A stretch of DNA of 64,000 nucleotides from Verrucomicrobiota bacterium. GTDB taxonomy: Bacteria; Verrucomicrobiota; Verrucomicrobiia; Limisphaerales; SXQI01. This document shows positions 1 to 8,609 of the stretch, piece by piece; positions within the stretch are counted from its first letter, which is position 1; each line of letters starts with the position of its first letter. The notes beneath the pieces are model-generated. The model had not been told where the DNA came from. It did not search any database and saw only the letters and a program-made list of their open reading frames with translations. A program made the translations under genes and the position numbers. The DNA is taken from NCBI GenBank assembly GCA_033762115.1, contig JANRLX010000134.1:61615-125614 (forward strand). The letters run 5' to 3'.

Positions 1-1
1 C

Positions 2-1528
2 ATTCCCGGAAATGAATTCGATGACATTAAAGCTGTCAAAATGGGTGATGAACTCGATGTTCTTATCGAGAAGCTCGAAGACAAGGAAGGAAACGTTGTC
101 CTTTCCAAGGAAAAAGCTGAATTCAAGAAGAATTGGGATAAAATCCTGACCATCTGCAATGAAGGAGGCACCATCAACGGCAAAGTCAAAGCTGTGGTCA
201 AGGGTGGCCTTCTCGTCAATATTGGGGTTGAAGCATTCCTCCCCGCCTCTCAGATCGATGTCGTTCCGCCAAAGAATCTCAATGGGTTCGTGGGGAATAC
301 TTATGAATTTAAAGTCGTCAAGATCAACCAGGAACGGCAGAATATCGTTCTTTCCCGCCGTGAGTTGATCGAGCAGGAACGCACCGAAAAACGTTCCAAA
401 CTCCTTGGCGAAATGATGCCTGGCGATATCCGCAAGGGCACTGTCAAGAACATTACTGATTTCGGCGCATTCATTGACCTCAACGGCCTGGATGGTCTTC
501 TCCATATCACCGATATGAGCTGGGGCCGAATTGGTCATCCTTCTGAAATCCTCAAGGTCGGCCAGGACATTGATGTTGTCGTCCTCGATATTAATCGTGA
601 AAAGGAACGGGTCAGCCTCGGGCTCAAGCAGAAGCTGGCAAATCCGTGGGACGCCATCGAAGGCAAGTACCCTGTTGGCACCCGCGTCAAAGGCAAGGTT
701 GTCAACCTCATGCCGTACGGCGCATTTGTCGAGATCGAGCCAGGTGTGGAAGGGCTTGTTCACGTTACGGAGCTCTCCTGGACCAAACGCATTGCAAAAC
801 CAGGCGATGTTCTCAAGCAGGACCAGGAAATTGAAGCGGTCGTTCTCGGAATGAACCGGGACGAGCAGAAAATTTCTCTCGGCGTGCGCCAGTTGGAAAC
901 CAATCCGTGGGACAAAGCCACCGAGAAATATCCTCCGGGCACGAAGGTCAAAGGCAAGATTCGCAATTTGACCAGCTATGGCGCTTTCATTGAATTGGAA
1001 GATGGTCTCGACGGCATGATCCATGTCTCTGACATTTCATGGACCCGCAAAATCAATCATCCTTCGGAAGTCCTCAAGAAGGGTGACGAAGTGGAAGCCG
1101 TGGTCCTTGAAATCGACAAGGCCAACCAACGGATCGGAATGGGCCTCAAGCAGCTTGCTGAAGACCCTTGGGCCAACATTGACAAGTATTACAAGGTTGG
1201 CGACCTGGTGAATGGCAAAGTCACCAAACTCGCCAGCTTCGGCGCGTTTGTGGGTCTCGCACACGATATTGATGGTCTGGTTCATATCTCCCAGATCAGC
1301 GAAGATCGCGTTGATAAGATCAAAAACGTGCTCAAGCCTGAGCAGGAAGTCACCGCTCGCGTCATCAAGATTGACCGTGGCGAACGCCGAATTGGTTTGT
1401 CGATCAAGGCTGCCAACTACTCTCCTGAACAGTTGAAGGCTGAACAGGCTGCCCTGGATGCGCTCAAGCCCGGCGAAGATCTCGTCGCTCTCCAGCACGC
1501 GTTTGACGCTGCTGACGAATCCAAGTAA
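2..1528 (+). CDS. rpsA: 30S ribosomal protein S1, 5' end outside the window
   Basis: Tandem S1 repeats (GTVKNITDFGAFIDL, GKVVNLMPYGAFVEI, GKIRNLTSYGAFIEL, GKVTKLASFGAFVGL; GLLHITDMSW). The frame is open from base 2, so the true start lies upstream. Confidence 0.97.
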   Translation: MPGNEFDDIKAVKMGDELDVLIEKLEDKEGNVVLSKEKAEFKKNWDKILTICNEGGTINGKVKAVVKGGLLVNIGVEAFLPASQIDVVPPKNLNGFVGNTYEFKVVKINQERQNIVLSRRELIEQERTEKRSKLLGEMMPGDIRKGTVKNITDFGAFIDLNGLDGLLHITDMSWGRIGHPSEILKVGQDIDVVVLDINREKERVSLGLKQKLANPWDAIEGKYPVGTRVKGKVVNLMPYGAFVEIEPGVEGLVHVTELSWTKRIAKPGDVLKQDQEIEAVVLGMNRDEQKISLGVRQLETNPWDKATEKYPPGTKVKGKIRNLTSYGAFIELEDGLDGMIHVSDISWTRKINHPSEVLKKGDEVEAVVLEIDKANQRIGMGLKQLAEDPWANIDKYYKVGDLVNGKVTKLASFGAFVGLAHDIDGLVHISQISEDRVDKIKNVLKPEQEVTARVIKIDRGERRIGLSIKAANYSPEQLKAEQAALDALKPGEDLVALQHAFDAADESK

Positions 1529-1546
1529 GTCTCCTTTTTGCACAGG

Positions 1547-1580
1547 GGGCGTCCGGCAACCGGGCGCCCTTTTTTATTTT
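1547..1580 (+). terminator. Rho-independent terminator after rpsA
   Basis: GGGCGTCCGG-CAA-CCGGGCGCCC stem (one G-U pair) followed by TTTTTTATTTT. Confidence 0.85.
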
Positions 1581-1635
1581 CTCCCATCGGGAAATCTTGG
1601 ATCATCCAGCCACGCGATCATATAATTGCCAATAA

Positions 1636-2376
1636 ATGAACGAGAAATCTTCTGTGGGACGAGTTGATGGCCGCAAAGCCGGTGAACTGCGTTCCATTCG
1701 CTTTTTGAACCATATCGCGCCGAATGCCACAGGTTCCACCCTCATCGAATGGGGGAATACCCGTGTCATTTGTGGCGTCACTGTCGAGGAGATCGTTCCC
1801 CGCTGGATGAAGGAGCAAAACGTTAGCGGTGGATGGATCACAGCGGAGTATTCCATGCTCCCTTATTCCACTCACACCCGCAAAGCCCGCGATATTACCA
1901 AGGGAAAAATCGATGGACGTTCCCAGGAAATTCAGCGCCTGATCGGGCGGGCGATCCGTGCCGCTGTCGATCTCGAAAAACTGGGCCCGCGCACTCTCTG
2001 GATTGATTGCGATGTGCTGCAGGCTGATGGAGGCACCCGGACTGCCGCCATAACCGGTAGTTTCGTTGCCCTTGCGTTGGCAATGCAACGCCTGGTCGCG
2101 GAAGGAAAGTTAAAATCCAGTCCGGTCATCTGCGCAGTTGCTGCGATCAGTGTGGGGTTGGTGAATGACCAGCCTCTCCTTGACCTCGCTTTTACGGAAG
2201 ATGTAGCAGCGCAGGTGGATATGAATATTGTGATGAGTGATCGGGGAGAATTCATTGAATTACAGGGGACAGGCGAAGAATCAACCTTCAGCGAACCCCA
2301 GCTTGCTTCAATGCTGGCGCTCGGAAAAGCAGGCATTCAATCCCTGTTGCAGTTGCAGCGGACCGCACTCGCGTAA
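1636..2376 (+). CDS. rph: Ribonuclease PH
   Basis: GWITAEYSMLP, GRSQEIQRLIGR, DCDVLQADGGTRTAAITG and ELQGTGE motifs. Confidence 0.96.
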   Translation: MNEKSSVGRVDGRKAGELRSIRFLNHIAPNATGSTLIEWGNTRVICGVTVEEIVPRWMKEQNVSGGWITAEYSMLPYSTHTRKARDITKGKIDGRSQEIQRLIGRAIRAAVDLEKLGPRTLWIDCDVLQADGGTRTAAITGSFVALALAMQRLVAEGKLKSSPVICAVAAISVGLVNDQPLLDLAFTEDVAAQVDMNIVMSDRGEFIELQGTGEESTFSEPQLASMLALGKAGIQSLLQLQRTALA

Positions 2377-2617
2377 AAACTGGCTGAGGAAGGATTCATG
2401 TGAAATCTTCAGCCTGAGAGGCTGGAAATCCCAAATCGAAACCAACGTCGTTCGATGGTGTTAAATCAGGAGCACTCCAGATTTCCTCTGGATTGTGTAA
2501 CTACTGTCATGTGAAGGAAGTCTATGACATCAAGGCGTGTTGTTTGGAATAAAGCGACCGCACAAGACATCTCCTTGATTTGGAGTCGTCAAGGAATGAC
2601 ATTTATTAATCGGTGAT

Positions 2618-3964
2618 GTGATGAATCTTATTGCAAGAACTATCCTCGTGATATTGTTTTGCTTTTCCTTCAGCGGATTTGCGGAGGAGAACTTGATTCG
2701 ATGGCATCCAGTGCAAAACAAGCTGGATGCTGCAATCAGTGATTTGTCCGTTAACGAGGCTTTAAGCCGGCTTGCTTCCGCCACACGCTGGAAAATTTAT
2801 GTTCAGCCAGGGCTTCAAAAACAGGTTAATGTAAAATTTCAAGGCGTCTCTTCCGGCGAGGGATTAAGGTTGCTTCTGGGAAGTTTAAATTACGCTTTGC
2901 TGCCTGGACCTAACGGAACCAAAAAGCTTTTTATTTTTGATCGGACAGCGGATCAGGCGACACAGTTTATTAAAAGCACCCTTGAACCGTCCAAAGCCAG
3001 GGACTGGCTCAAAAAGGAAGTGATCATCAGTCTTTCTCCCGACTCAACCCTCGATCCTGATAAACTGGCGAAGGAATTGGGTGGAAAGGTGGTTGGGCGC
3101 GCCGATGAGATGAAATCGTATCGATTGCAATTTGAATCAGAGGAAATGGCCCAAAACGCCCGTGAAAAATTTGCAGAGATGGAGGATGTCAGGACCGATC
3201 ATAATTTTGCGGTTGAGCAACCGATTCAAAGAGAGAGAACCTTGAATTCTCAAGGTTTGCCGCAGATCCAGCCGAGTTCCAGTTCAGGGGAGGGAGTCCG
3301 TGTGGCGATCATTGATACTGCCCTGCAACCGCTGGAGGGTCAGGCCGCATCTTTCCTTGGTTCGGTAACGCATGTGGCTGGCCAACCAGGCGAATTTCCA
3401 GCAGAACCGACCCATGCCACCAGCATGTTTCATACGTTTCTGAATACATGGGCGTCGCTTTCTGAAAGTGGGGCCTCGCCGCTTGTGATCGATGTGATTG
3501 ATGTGTACGGAGCTAATGTTTCCTCATCCACTTTTGAAGTAGCCAAAGGACTCCAGGTCGCGATCAAACAAGGCGCGGATATCGTAAACATGAGTTTGGG
3601 CGGGGATGGGCAGAGCTTGATCGTGGATGAATTGATTGCCCTGGGCACTGCGCGGGGGACAATGTTTTTAGGTGCTGCAGGCAATGCTCCAACAGGGCAG
3701 CCCACATACCCTGCCGCCAACCCGTTGGTGCTTGCGGTCACCACACCTGCATCGTACGCGAATAAAGCGGATTTTGTTGATCTCGTTGGGCCAGCCCGCA
3801 GCATGATTGAATATGGGGGACAAAAATGGATTATATCGGGCACCTCTCCCGGCACGGCCAGTATGAGCGCATTGGCGGCATATTACAGGAGCAAAGGGCT
3901 TTCCCCAACCCAGGTGGAGGGAGTGCTCCGTCAGACCCATTCTTATAATGCGGGCGTGAAGTGA
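2618..3964 (+). CDS. Secreted S8 (subtilisin-like) serine peptidase with N-terminal STN/secretin-N0-like domain
   Basis: Signal peptide; VAIIDT (Asp), PTHAT (His), NMSLGG, AAGN (oxyanion Asn), SGTSP (Ser). The N-terminal LSVNEALSRLA...VNVKFQGV..EGLRLLL segment resembles STN. Confidence 0.75.
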   Translation: MMNLIARTILVILFCFSFSGFAEENLIRWHPVQNKLDAAISDLSVNEALSRLASATRWKIYVQPGLQKQVNVKFQGVSSGEGLRLLLGSLNYALLPGPNGTKKLFIFDRTADQATQFIKSTLEPSKARDWLKKEVIISLSPDSTLDPDKLAKELGGKVVGRADEMKSYRLQFESEEMAQNAREKFAEMEDVRTDHNFAVEQPIQRERTLNSQGLPQIQPSSSSGEGVRVAIIDTALQPLEGQAASFLGSVTHVAGQPGEFPAEPTHATSMFHTFLNTWASLSESGASPLVIDVIDVYGANVSSSTFEVAKGLQVAIKQGADIVNMSLGGDGQSLIVDELIALGTARGTMFLGAAGNAPTGQPTYPAANPLVLAVTTPASYANKADFVDLVGPARSMIEYGGQKWIISGTSPGTASMSALAAYYRSKGLSPTQVEGVLRQTHSYNAGVK

Positions 3965-4004
3965 GGAACGATGACTTCTTCGCTCAATTGAGAGCATCGT
4001 CAAA

Positions 4005-4631
4005 ATGAATCAGCGCAATTTCAAAGTGGCTTTTTCGTTGATGCTTCCAGTCCTCCTGAATTGTTCGGCAAACACTAATTTGCTGCAAAAAATTTCTTCG
4101 CACGAGTTCGCGCTTGGAACGGTGTTGATTAACACGAAGAATCGTTCGGTCACAATTCCAGCCGAATTCAACATGCGGGAAGGTTTGGTGGAATATTTAT
4201 TGGTGCATGAAACAGGCAAAGTTCACGAAAGTTTGCTCAAGACGGCCGCTTCCCCGCTGCAAATTCATCTGGCGATTCTGATGCTGACAGGAGGTGCGAC
4301 CAATTTGCTCAACTCGAATATTTTATCTTCTGTGTTGATTCAGGCCACGAACGATGTTGCGATAAGCGCCACGTCTTTAATCAAGGACCGTCGAAAGGAG
4401 ATTTCAATGCAGACGAATTCTTTTCATTATCGTGGATCTAGGAGCGTGAATGGAACGTTCCTCGCAGAGCGGGATGGATCAATCATCGCAGTGATTGGCG
4501 ATCCGGATGCGCTGATGGACAACCGGTTCAGTTCTCCTCAGGATGATGAAAACTGGTCCATTCAGACGAATGCCCCAACGATTGGCACAAAGGCAATGGT
4601 TGTTTTAAATTTTGCCTCACCCGAACTATGA
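4005..4631 (+). CDS. Exported YdjY-like domain protein
   Basis: Hydrophobic N-terminus with a possible lipobox (LLNC); VEYLLV..TGKVHESLL motif typical of the YdjY-like family in PVC bacteria. Confidence 0.6.
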   Translation: MNQRNFKVAFSLMLPVLLNCSANTNLLQKISSHEFALGTVLINTKNRSVTIPAEFNMREGLVEYLLVHETGKVHESLLKTAASPLQIHLAILMLTGGATNLLNSNILSSVLIQATNDVAISATSLIKDRRKEISMQTNSFHYRGSRSVNGTFLAERDGSIIAVIGDPDALMDNRFSSPQDDENWSIQTNAPTIGTKAMVVLNFASPEL

Positions 4632-5767
4632 AAAAGCTCCTTGTTCTTTCCATTTTTTGCACAGTAATTTCTCTGAAGGCGGCTGCGCCAGTTGATGCTC
4701 CAGTCCTCCAACGAAATGAATCGTTGCGGCATGAACTCAACAGGTCGGCTGAACGGGCCAAAAAATGGTTGCTTGCACAACAGCAGACCAATGGCGCCTG
4801 GTCAACTCCAGACCATCCTGCCGTTACCGGACTTGCGATGGCCGCGATCAGCCGGTTCAAGGAAGCGGAAGATGCCGCAGCACTGGATCGAGGCCTGGGC
4901 TACTTGAAAAGCTGTGTGCAGACCAACGGGGCCATTTTTAAAAAGTCAGAACTGATCAATTATAACACCAGTGTCTCGCTGCTGGGCTTTTTGGCCCACA
5001 AGCCAACGGAACACCGGGAAATTATCCAGAGAGCGAATAATTTCCTCGTGGGAAGCCAGATCTCGCCTGACAACAAGGCGGGCGCTGTTTTTGTGGGAGG
5101 AGTTGGCTATGGCAGCAAATACAGCCACTCTGACATGGGAAATACGCTGCACGCGTTGGAAGCGATTCATTATGCGCAGACATTTCTTCGTCGGGAGGGA
5201 GCCTCTGATTTTGATCAATTGAACGTTGCTGCTGCAATAGAATTTCTCCAGAACTGCCAAAATCTCCCGAGTCATAATAAACAAGCATGGGTGTCAGGTG
5301 ACCCACAAAATATTGGTGGCTTCATTTATTACCCCGGCCATTCCATGGCAGGTTCAACCAATCTTTCATCGGGAAGAACAGCGCTTCGCTCCTACGGCAG
5401 CGTGAGCTACGCAGGATTGTTGAGTTATATTTATACCGATCTCAAAGCGGAAGATCCACGAGTCAAAGCGGTGATCGAATGGCTGGAAAAAAATTATACG
5501 CTGGAGGAAAACCCGGGCATGGAACAGCAGGGGCTTTATTATTATTTTCATACAATGGCAAAAGCCTTGACCGCAGCGGGAATGGAAACAATTCAAACAC
5601 CAGCCGGGTCAGTCAAGTGGAGAGAGCAGTTGCTGTCGCGCCTTATGAATCTGCAGCAGGCAGATGGTTCGTGGGTGAATACAAATGCGAGATGGTGGGA
5701 AAAGGACCCGGTGCTTGTGACCAGTTATATGCTGATTGCCTTAAGTCAGATTTCCGAGGGCATTTAA
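4628..5767 (+). CDS. Secreted prenyltransferase/squalene-oxidase-repeat (terpene-cyclase-fold) protein
   Basis: Signal peptide; QW-type repeats (WLLAQQQTNGAW, LMNLQQADGSW); DMGNT motif; ATGA overlap with the upstream gene; no DxDD motif. Confidence 0.8.
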   Translation: MKKLLVLSIFCTVISLKAAAPVDAPVLQRNESLRHELNRSAERAKKWLLAQQQTNGAWSTPDHPAVTGLAMAAISRFKEAEDAAALDRGLGYLKSCVQTNGAIFKKSELINYNTSVSLLGFLAHKPTEHREIIQRANNFLVGSQISPDNKAGAVFVGGVGYGSKYSHSDMGNTLHALEAIHYAQTFLRREGASDFDQLNVAAAIEFLQNCQNLPSHNKQAWVSGDPQNIGGFIYYPGHSMAGSTNLSSGRTALRSYGSVSYAGLLSYIYTDLKAEDPRVKAVIEWLEKNYTLEENPGMEQQGLYYYFHTMAKALTAAGMETIQTPAGSVKWREQLLSRLMNLQQADGSWVNTNARWWEKDPVLVTSYMLIALSQISEGI

Positions 5768-5771
5768 TTTT

Positions 5772-6791
5772 TCAGGCCGGATCGGAGTTCCTGCATTCAG
5801 TTCCGTTCAGGAACGGCTTGCCTTGTTGAAATCGAATCAGATTTTCGGTAGTGACCCTGGCAATTTCCCGGAGCGCTTCCTCTGTGAGAAAAGCCTGATG
5901 GGCAGTGATCAGCACGTTGGGAAAGGTAAGCAGCCGCCCTAACTCATCATCAAGCAGGACCTCCCCGGAATGATCTTCAAAAAAGAGGTTTTCCTCTTCT
6001 TCATAGACATCCAGGGCAACGCCGCCAAGCCGCCCGGACTTAAGGGCTTCGATCAATGCCCTGGTTTCAATCAATTTTCCGCGGCTGGTGTTTATCAGAA
6101 AGGCTCCCTTCTTAATTGCTTCAAATGAACGTGCATTCAGGAGGTAATGAGTAGCCGGTGTCAAAGGGACGTGCAGGGAAACGATATCACTTTGAGCGAT
6201 CAACGAATTTAAATCGGTGTATTCCACCCCGTGTTCACTGGCCCAGGAAGGGTCCGGAAACGGATCGTAAGCAAGAACAGAAGTTTGGAATCCTTTGAAA
6301 ATCTGCCCTACCAGCTTGCCTATCTTGCCAGTGCCCACGATTCCAACCGTCTTTCGATAAAGATCAAACCCGACCAACCCATTCAGGGAAAAATTCAACT
6401 CGCGGACCCGGTTGTAAGCTCGATGAATTTTCCGATTCAAGGTGAGCAGCAGGCCAACCGTGTGTTCGGCAACTGCATGTGGCGAATAAGCCGGGACACG
6501 AATCACTGAAATTCCGCAACGTTCTGCAGCGTTCAGGTCAACGTTGTTAAATCCAGCGCAACGCATTGCGATAATCCTGACACCTGCCTGGCGGAGTGCT
6601 TCAATTGCGGTGGCATCGACGCGGTCATTAACAAAGACGCAAACTGCTGTGGCACCCGTGGCGGAGGCAGCGGTTTCGCTGGTCAGGCGAAATTCATGAA
6701 AACGCCAGGTAATGGAACTTTTTTCAGCAGCTTCGTTAAAGAAGTGCCGATCGTAAGGTTTTGCATTGTACAAAGCGACGGTCAGTTCCAT
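5772..6791 (-). CDS. D-isomer-specific 2-hydroxyacid dehydrogenase (D-lactate dehydrogenase, LdhA-like)
   Basis: RCAGFNNVD, RVPAYSPHAVAEH, GTGKIG, SLHVPLT, INTSRG, LDVYEEE, TAHQAFLT. Start placed at ATG 6791 (MELTV). Confidence 0.92.
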   Translation of the reverse strand: MELTVALYNAKPYDRHFFNEAAEKSSITWRFHEFRLTSETAASATGATAVCVFVNDRVDATAIEALRQAGVRIIAMRCAGFNNVDLNAAERCGISVIRVPAYSPHAVAEHTVGLLLTLNRKIHRAYNRVRELNFSLNGLVGFDLYRKTVGIVGTGKIGKLVGQIFKGFQTSVLAYDPFPDPSWASEHGVEYTDLNSLIAQSDIVSLHVPLTPATHYLLNARSFEAIKKGAFLINTSRGKLIETRALIEALKSGRLGGVALDVYEEEENLFFEDHSGEVLLDDELGRLLTFPNVLITAHQAFLTEEALREIARVTTENLIRFQQGKPFLNGTECRNSDPA

Positions 6792-6911
6792 TGGGCTATA
6801 GTTTAAACGTGATCGCAGCCAAAATGCCCGATCAAAATTTAGACAAGGCAAAACGTGGGGTTCTCCAAAGGCTTGCAAAAATTCATTATCTTTCCATGAT
6901 TCATTCAATCT

Positions 6912-7583
6912 ATGAACGTGAAACGACTTGTTCTTGCTTCCCTTGCCGCAGCGGTTTTCAGCACCTCAATCATGGCTGGAGAATGGATAGTTCTATTTGA
7001 TGGAAAACCTACCGACAAACTTCGCGGCTACAAGCAAACCGGATTTCCCAAGGAGAACTGGGTTATTGATGGTGATGCTTTGAAGACAGTTCCAGGCAAG
7101 GCAGTGGATCTCGTAACAGTGGAAAAATTTCAAAATTATGAACTGGAACTGGAATGGAAAGTCCAGCCAGCCGGAAACAGTGGTGTGATTTACAACGTCG
7201 TTGAAGGACCGGGTGCCACTTATATGACCGGGCCGGAAATGCAGGTGTTGGATGATGATAAGCATCCAGACGGCAAAAACCCGAAAACATCATCTGGTTC
7301 CCTTTATGCAATGGTCGCTCCCAACGGGGAAAAATCCCTCAAGCCTGTTGGACAATGGAACAGCGCCAAACTTCTGATCAAGGACAACCATGTGGAGCAT
7401 TGGCTCAATGGAAAAAAAGTCGTGGAATACAAATGGGGTAGTGATGAAATGAAGGAATGGATCAAAAACAGCAAATTCAAGGACATGACTGATTTTGCCA
7501 AGAGCACAAACGGCGGCCACATTGCCTTTCAGCATCATGGAGAAGAAGTGTGGTATCGCAATATTCGGATTCGCAAGTTGTAA
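6912..7583 (+). CDS. Secreted DUF1080 (3-keto-disaccharide hydrolase) family protein
   Basis: Signal peptide; WIVLFDGK, ELELEWK..PAGNSGV, PEMQVLD, GQWNS, VEHWLNG, GHIAFQHHG..VWYRNIRIR. Confidence 0.9.
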   Translation: MNVKRLVLASLAAAVFSTSIMAGEWIVLFDGKPTDKLRGYKQTGFPKENWVIDGDALKTVPGKAVDLVTVEKFQNYELELEWKVQPAGNSGVIYNVVEGPGATYMTGPEMQVLDDDKHPDGKNPKTSSGSLYAMVAPNGEKSLKPVGQWNSAKLLIKDNHVEHWLNGKKVVEYKWGSDEMKEWIKNSKFKDMTDFAKSTNGGHIAFQHHGEEVWYRNIRIRKL

Positions 7584-7601
7584 TCCAAAGCTGGATTTGT
7601 G

Positions 7602-7632
7602 AACGGCCGGAGAAATTTCCGGCCGTTTTTTT
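7602..7632 (+). terminator. Rho-independent terminator after the DUF1080 gene
   Basis: AACGGCCGGA-GAAATT-TCCGGCCGTT stem-loop running into a T tract. Confidence 0.85.
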
Positions 7633-7761
7633 GCGCCCTGATATCAAGCAGGGTGGAAATTCCCGTATGATCAATTAAGGGTAGCGTGAGGTTGCCCTCC
7701 AGTGTTCCAATTGTAAGTTCCTTTCAGATGAAGGGATTGCCAGAGGTGAATCTTCAAAAGC

Positions 7762-7777
7762 AGGAATGGATTCTGCT
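7762..7777 (+). promoter_or_regulatory. Possible sigma54 (-24/-12) promoter
   Basis: AGGAATGGATTCTGCT has GG-N10-GC spacing, about 55 nt upstream of the 7832 start; it is an imperfect match to TGGCAC-N5-TTGC. Confidence 0.3.
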
Positions 7778-7831
7778 ACTTCAGATTTTGACAAAGGTTC
7801 AGCGCTGGACAGCGCCTGTCGATAAGGAAAT

Positions 7832-8554
7832 ATGAAAGTGATTCAGCCAAATTGCCGGATCCAATTCACTGGGGAAGACATCAGTTTCATTCTAAAATCC
7901 CTGGGGCGGGATGAGCGGGATCGAGAAATGCTCACGAAGTTGCTGACGGATGAAGAGAGTCGCGACCTGATCCTTGATGATGATGCCATCTTCCGCTCCT
8001 TGTTGGAGACAACTCATTGCCTGCCGGTTTCAACTCATTTCTACTTTTACATTCTGGTCAGGAATGTGCTCAAAAAATCGGGCATCCAGGAGCGAGAGGT
8101 CGCTGATTACGTTGCAGAAGTGCTGGCTGAATTTTCGCAGGCTGAGCAAGTTGAATGCAGGTTGCCCGGACGCAAGGAAAGCATCGATTATTTTTTTGAA
8201 ATGATTGCCGCTTTGCAAAAGGCCGATGAGCTGACGAGTTTTTATCTCAGGCAGCATATCGGAAACCAGTCATTGTTTCTGTCAGGGATCTTTCCACAAC
8301 GAATTCGGTATCGCGCCGAGTTCAAGGGATTTCCTGATCTTTCCTATTATGAGGAATTGGGAAGAATGAATTTTAGGGTGGCGAGCGATCATCGCCTGGC
8401 TTCACGATATGATCTTTCACGGATTTTTACCACGCTGGCCGAGCATTTTCATGCAGCGAGGCTGGCGTTGAATGATTTGACGGATCGTTTGTTTACAATG
8501 GATAACCATCACGAAATGGATCGTTTACTGAAACGCGGGGTAATCGGGATTTAA
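7832..8554 (+). CDS. Hypothetical cytoplasmic protein
   Basis: 240-aa ORF with AAGGA just upstream, predicted mostly helical (HIGNQSLFLSGIFP, YYEELGR); no family recognised with confidence. Confidence 0.75.
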   Translation: MKVIQPNCRIQFTGEDISFILKSLGRDERDREMLTKLLTDEESRDLILDDDAIFRSLLETTHCLPVSTHFYFYILVRNVLKKSGIQEREVADYVAEVLAEFSQAEQVECRLPGRKESIDYFFEMIAALQKADELTSFYLRQHIGNQSLFLSGIFPQRIRYRAEFKGFPDLSYYEELGRMNFRVASDHRLASRYDLSRIFTTLAEHFHAARLALNDLTDRLFTMDNHHEMDRLLKRGVIGI

Positions 8555-8609
8555 TGAAGTAATGTCGCGCTCACCTTTCTGTTGAGAAAATAGGGCGGTA
8601 AAGCGATGG

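Noticed and set aside
4628..5767. Squalene-hopene cyclase call for this gene and for 59261-60265, tempting because hpnJ is in the window
   Set aside because: Both are single-domain (330-380 aa), have signal peptides and lack the DxDD protonation motif; SHC is a roughly 650-aa two-domain enzyme.
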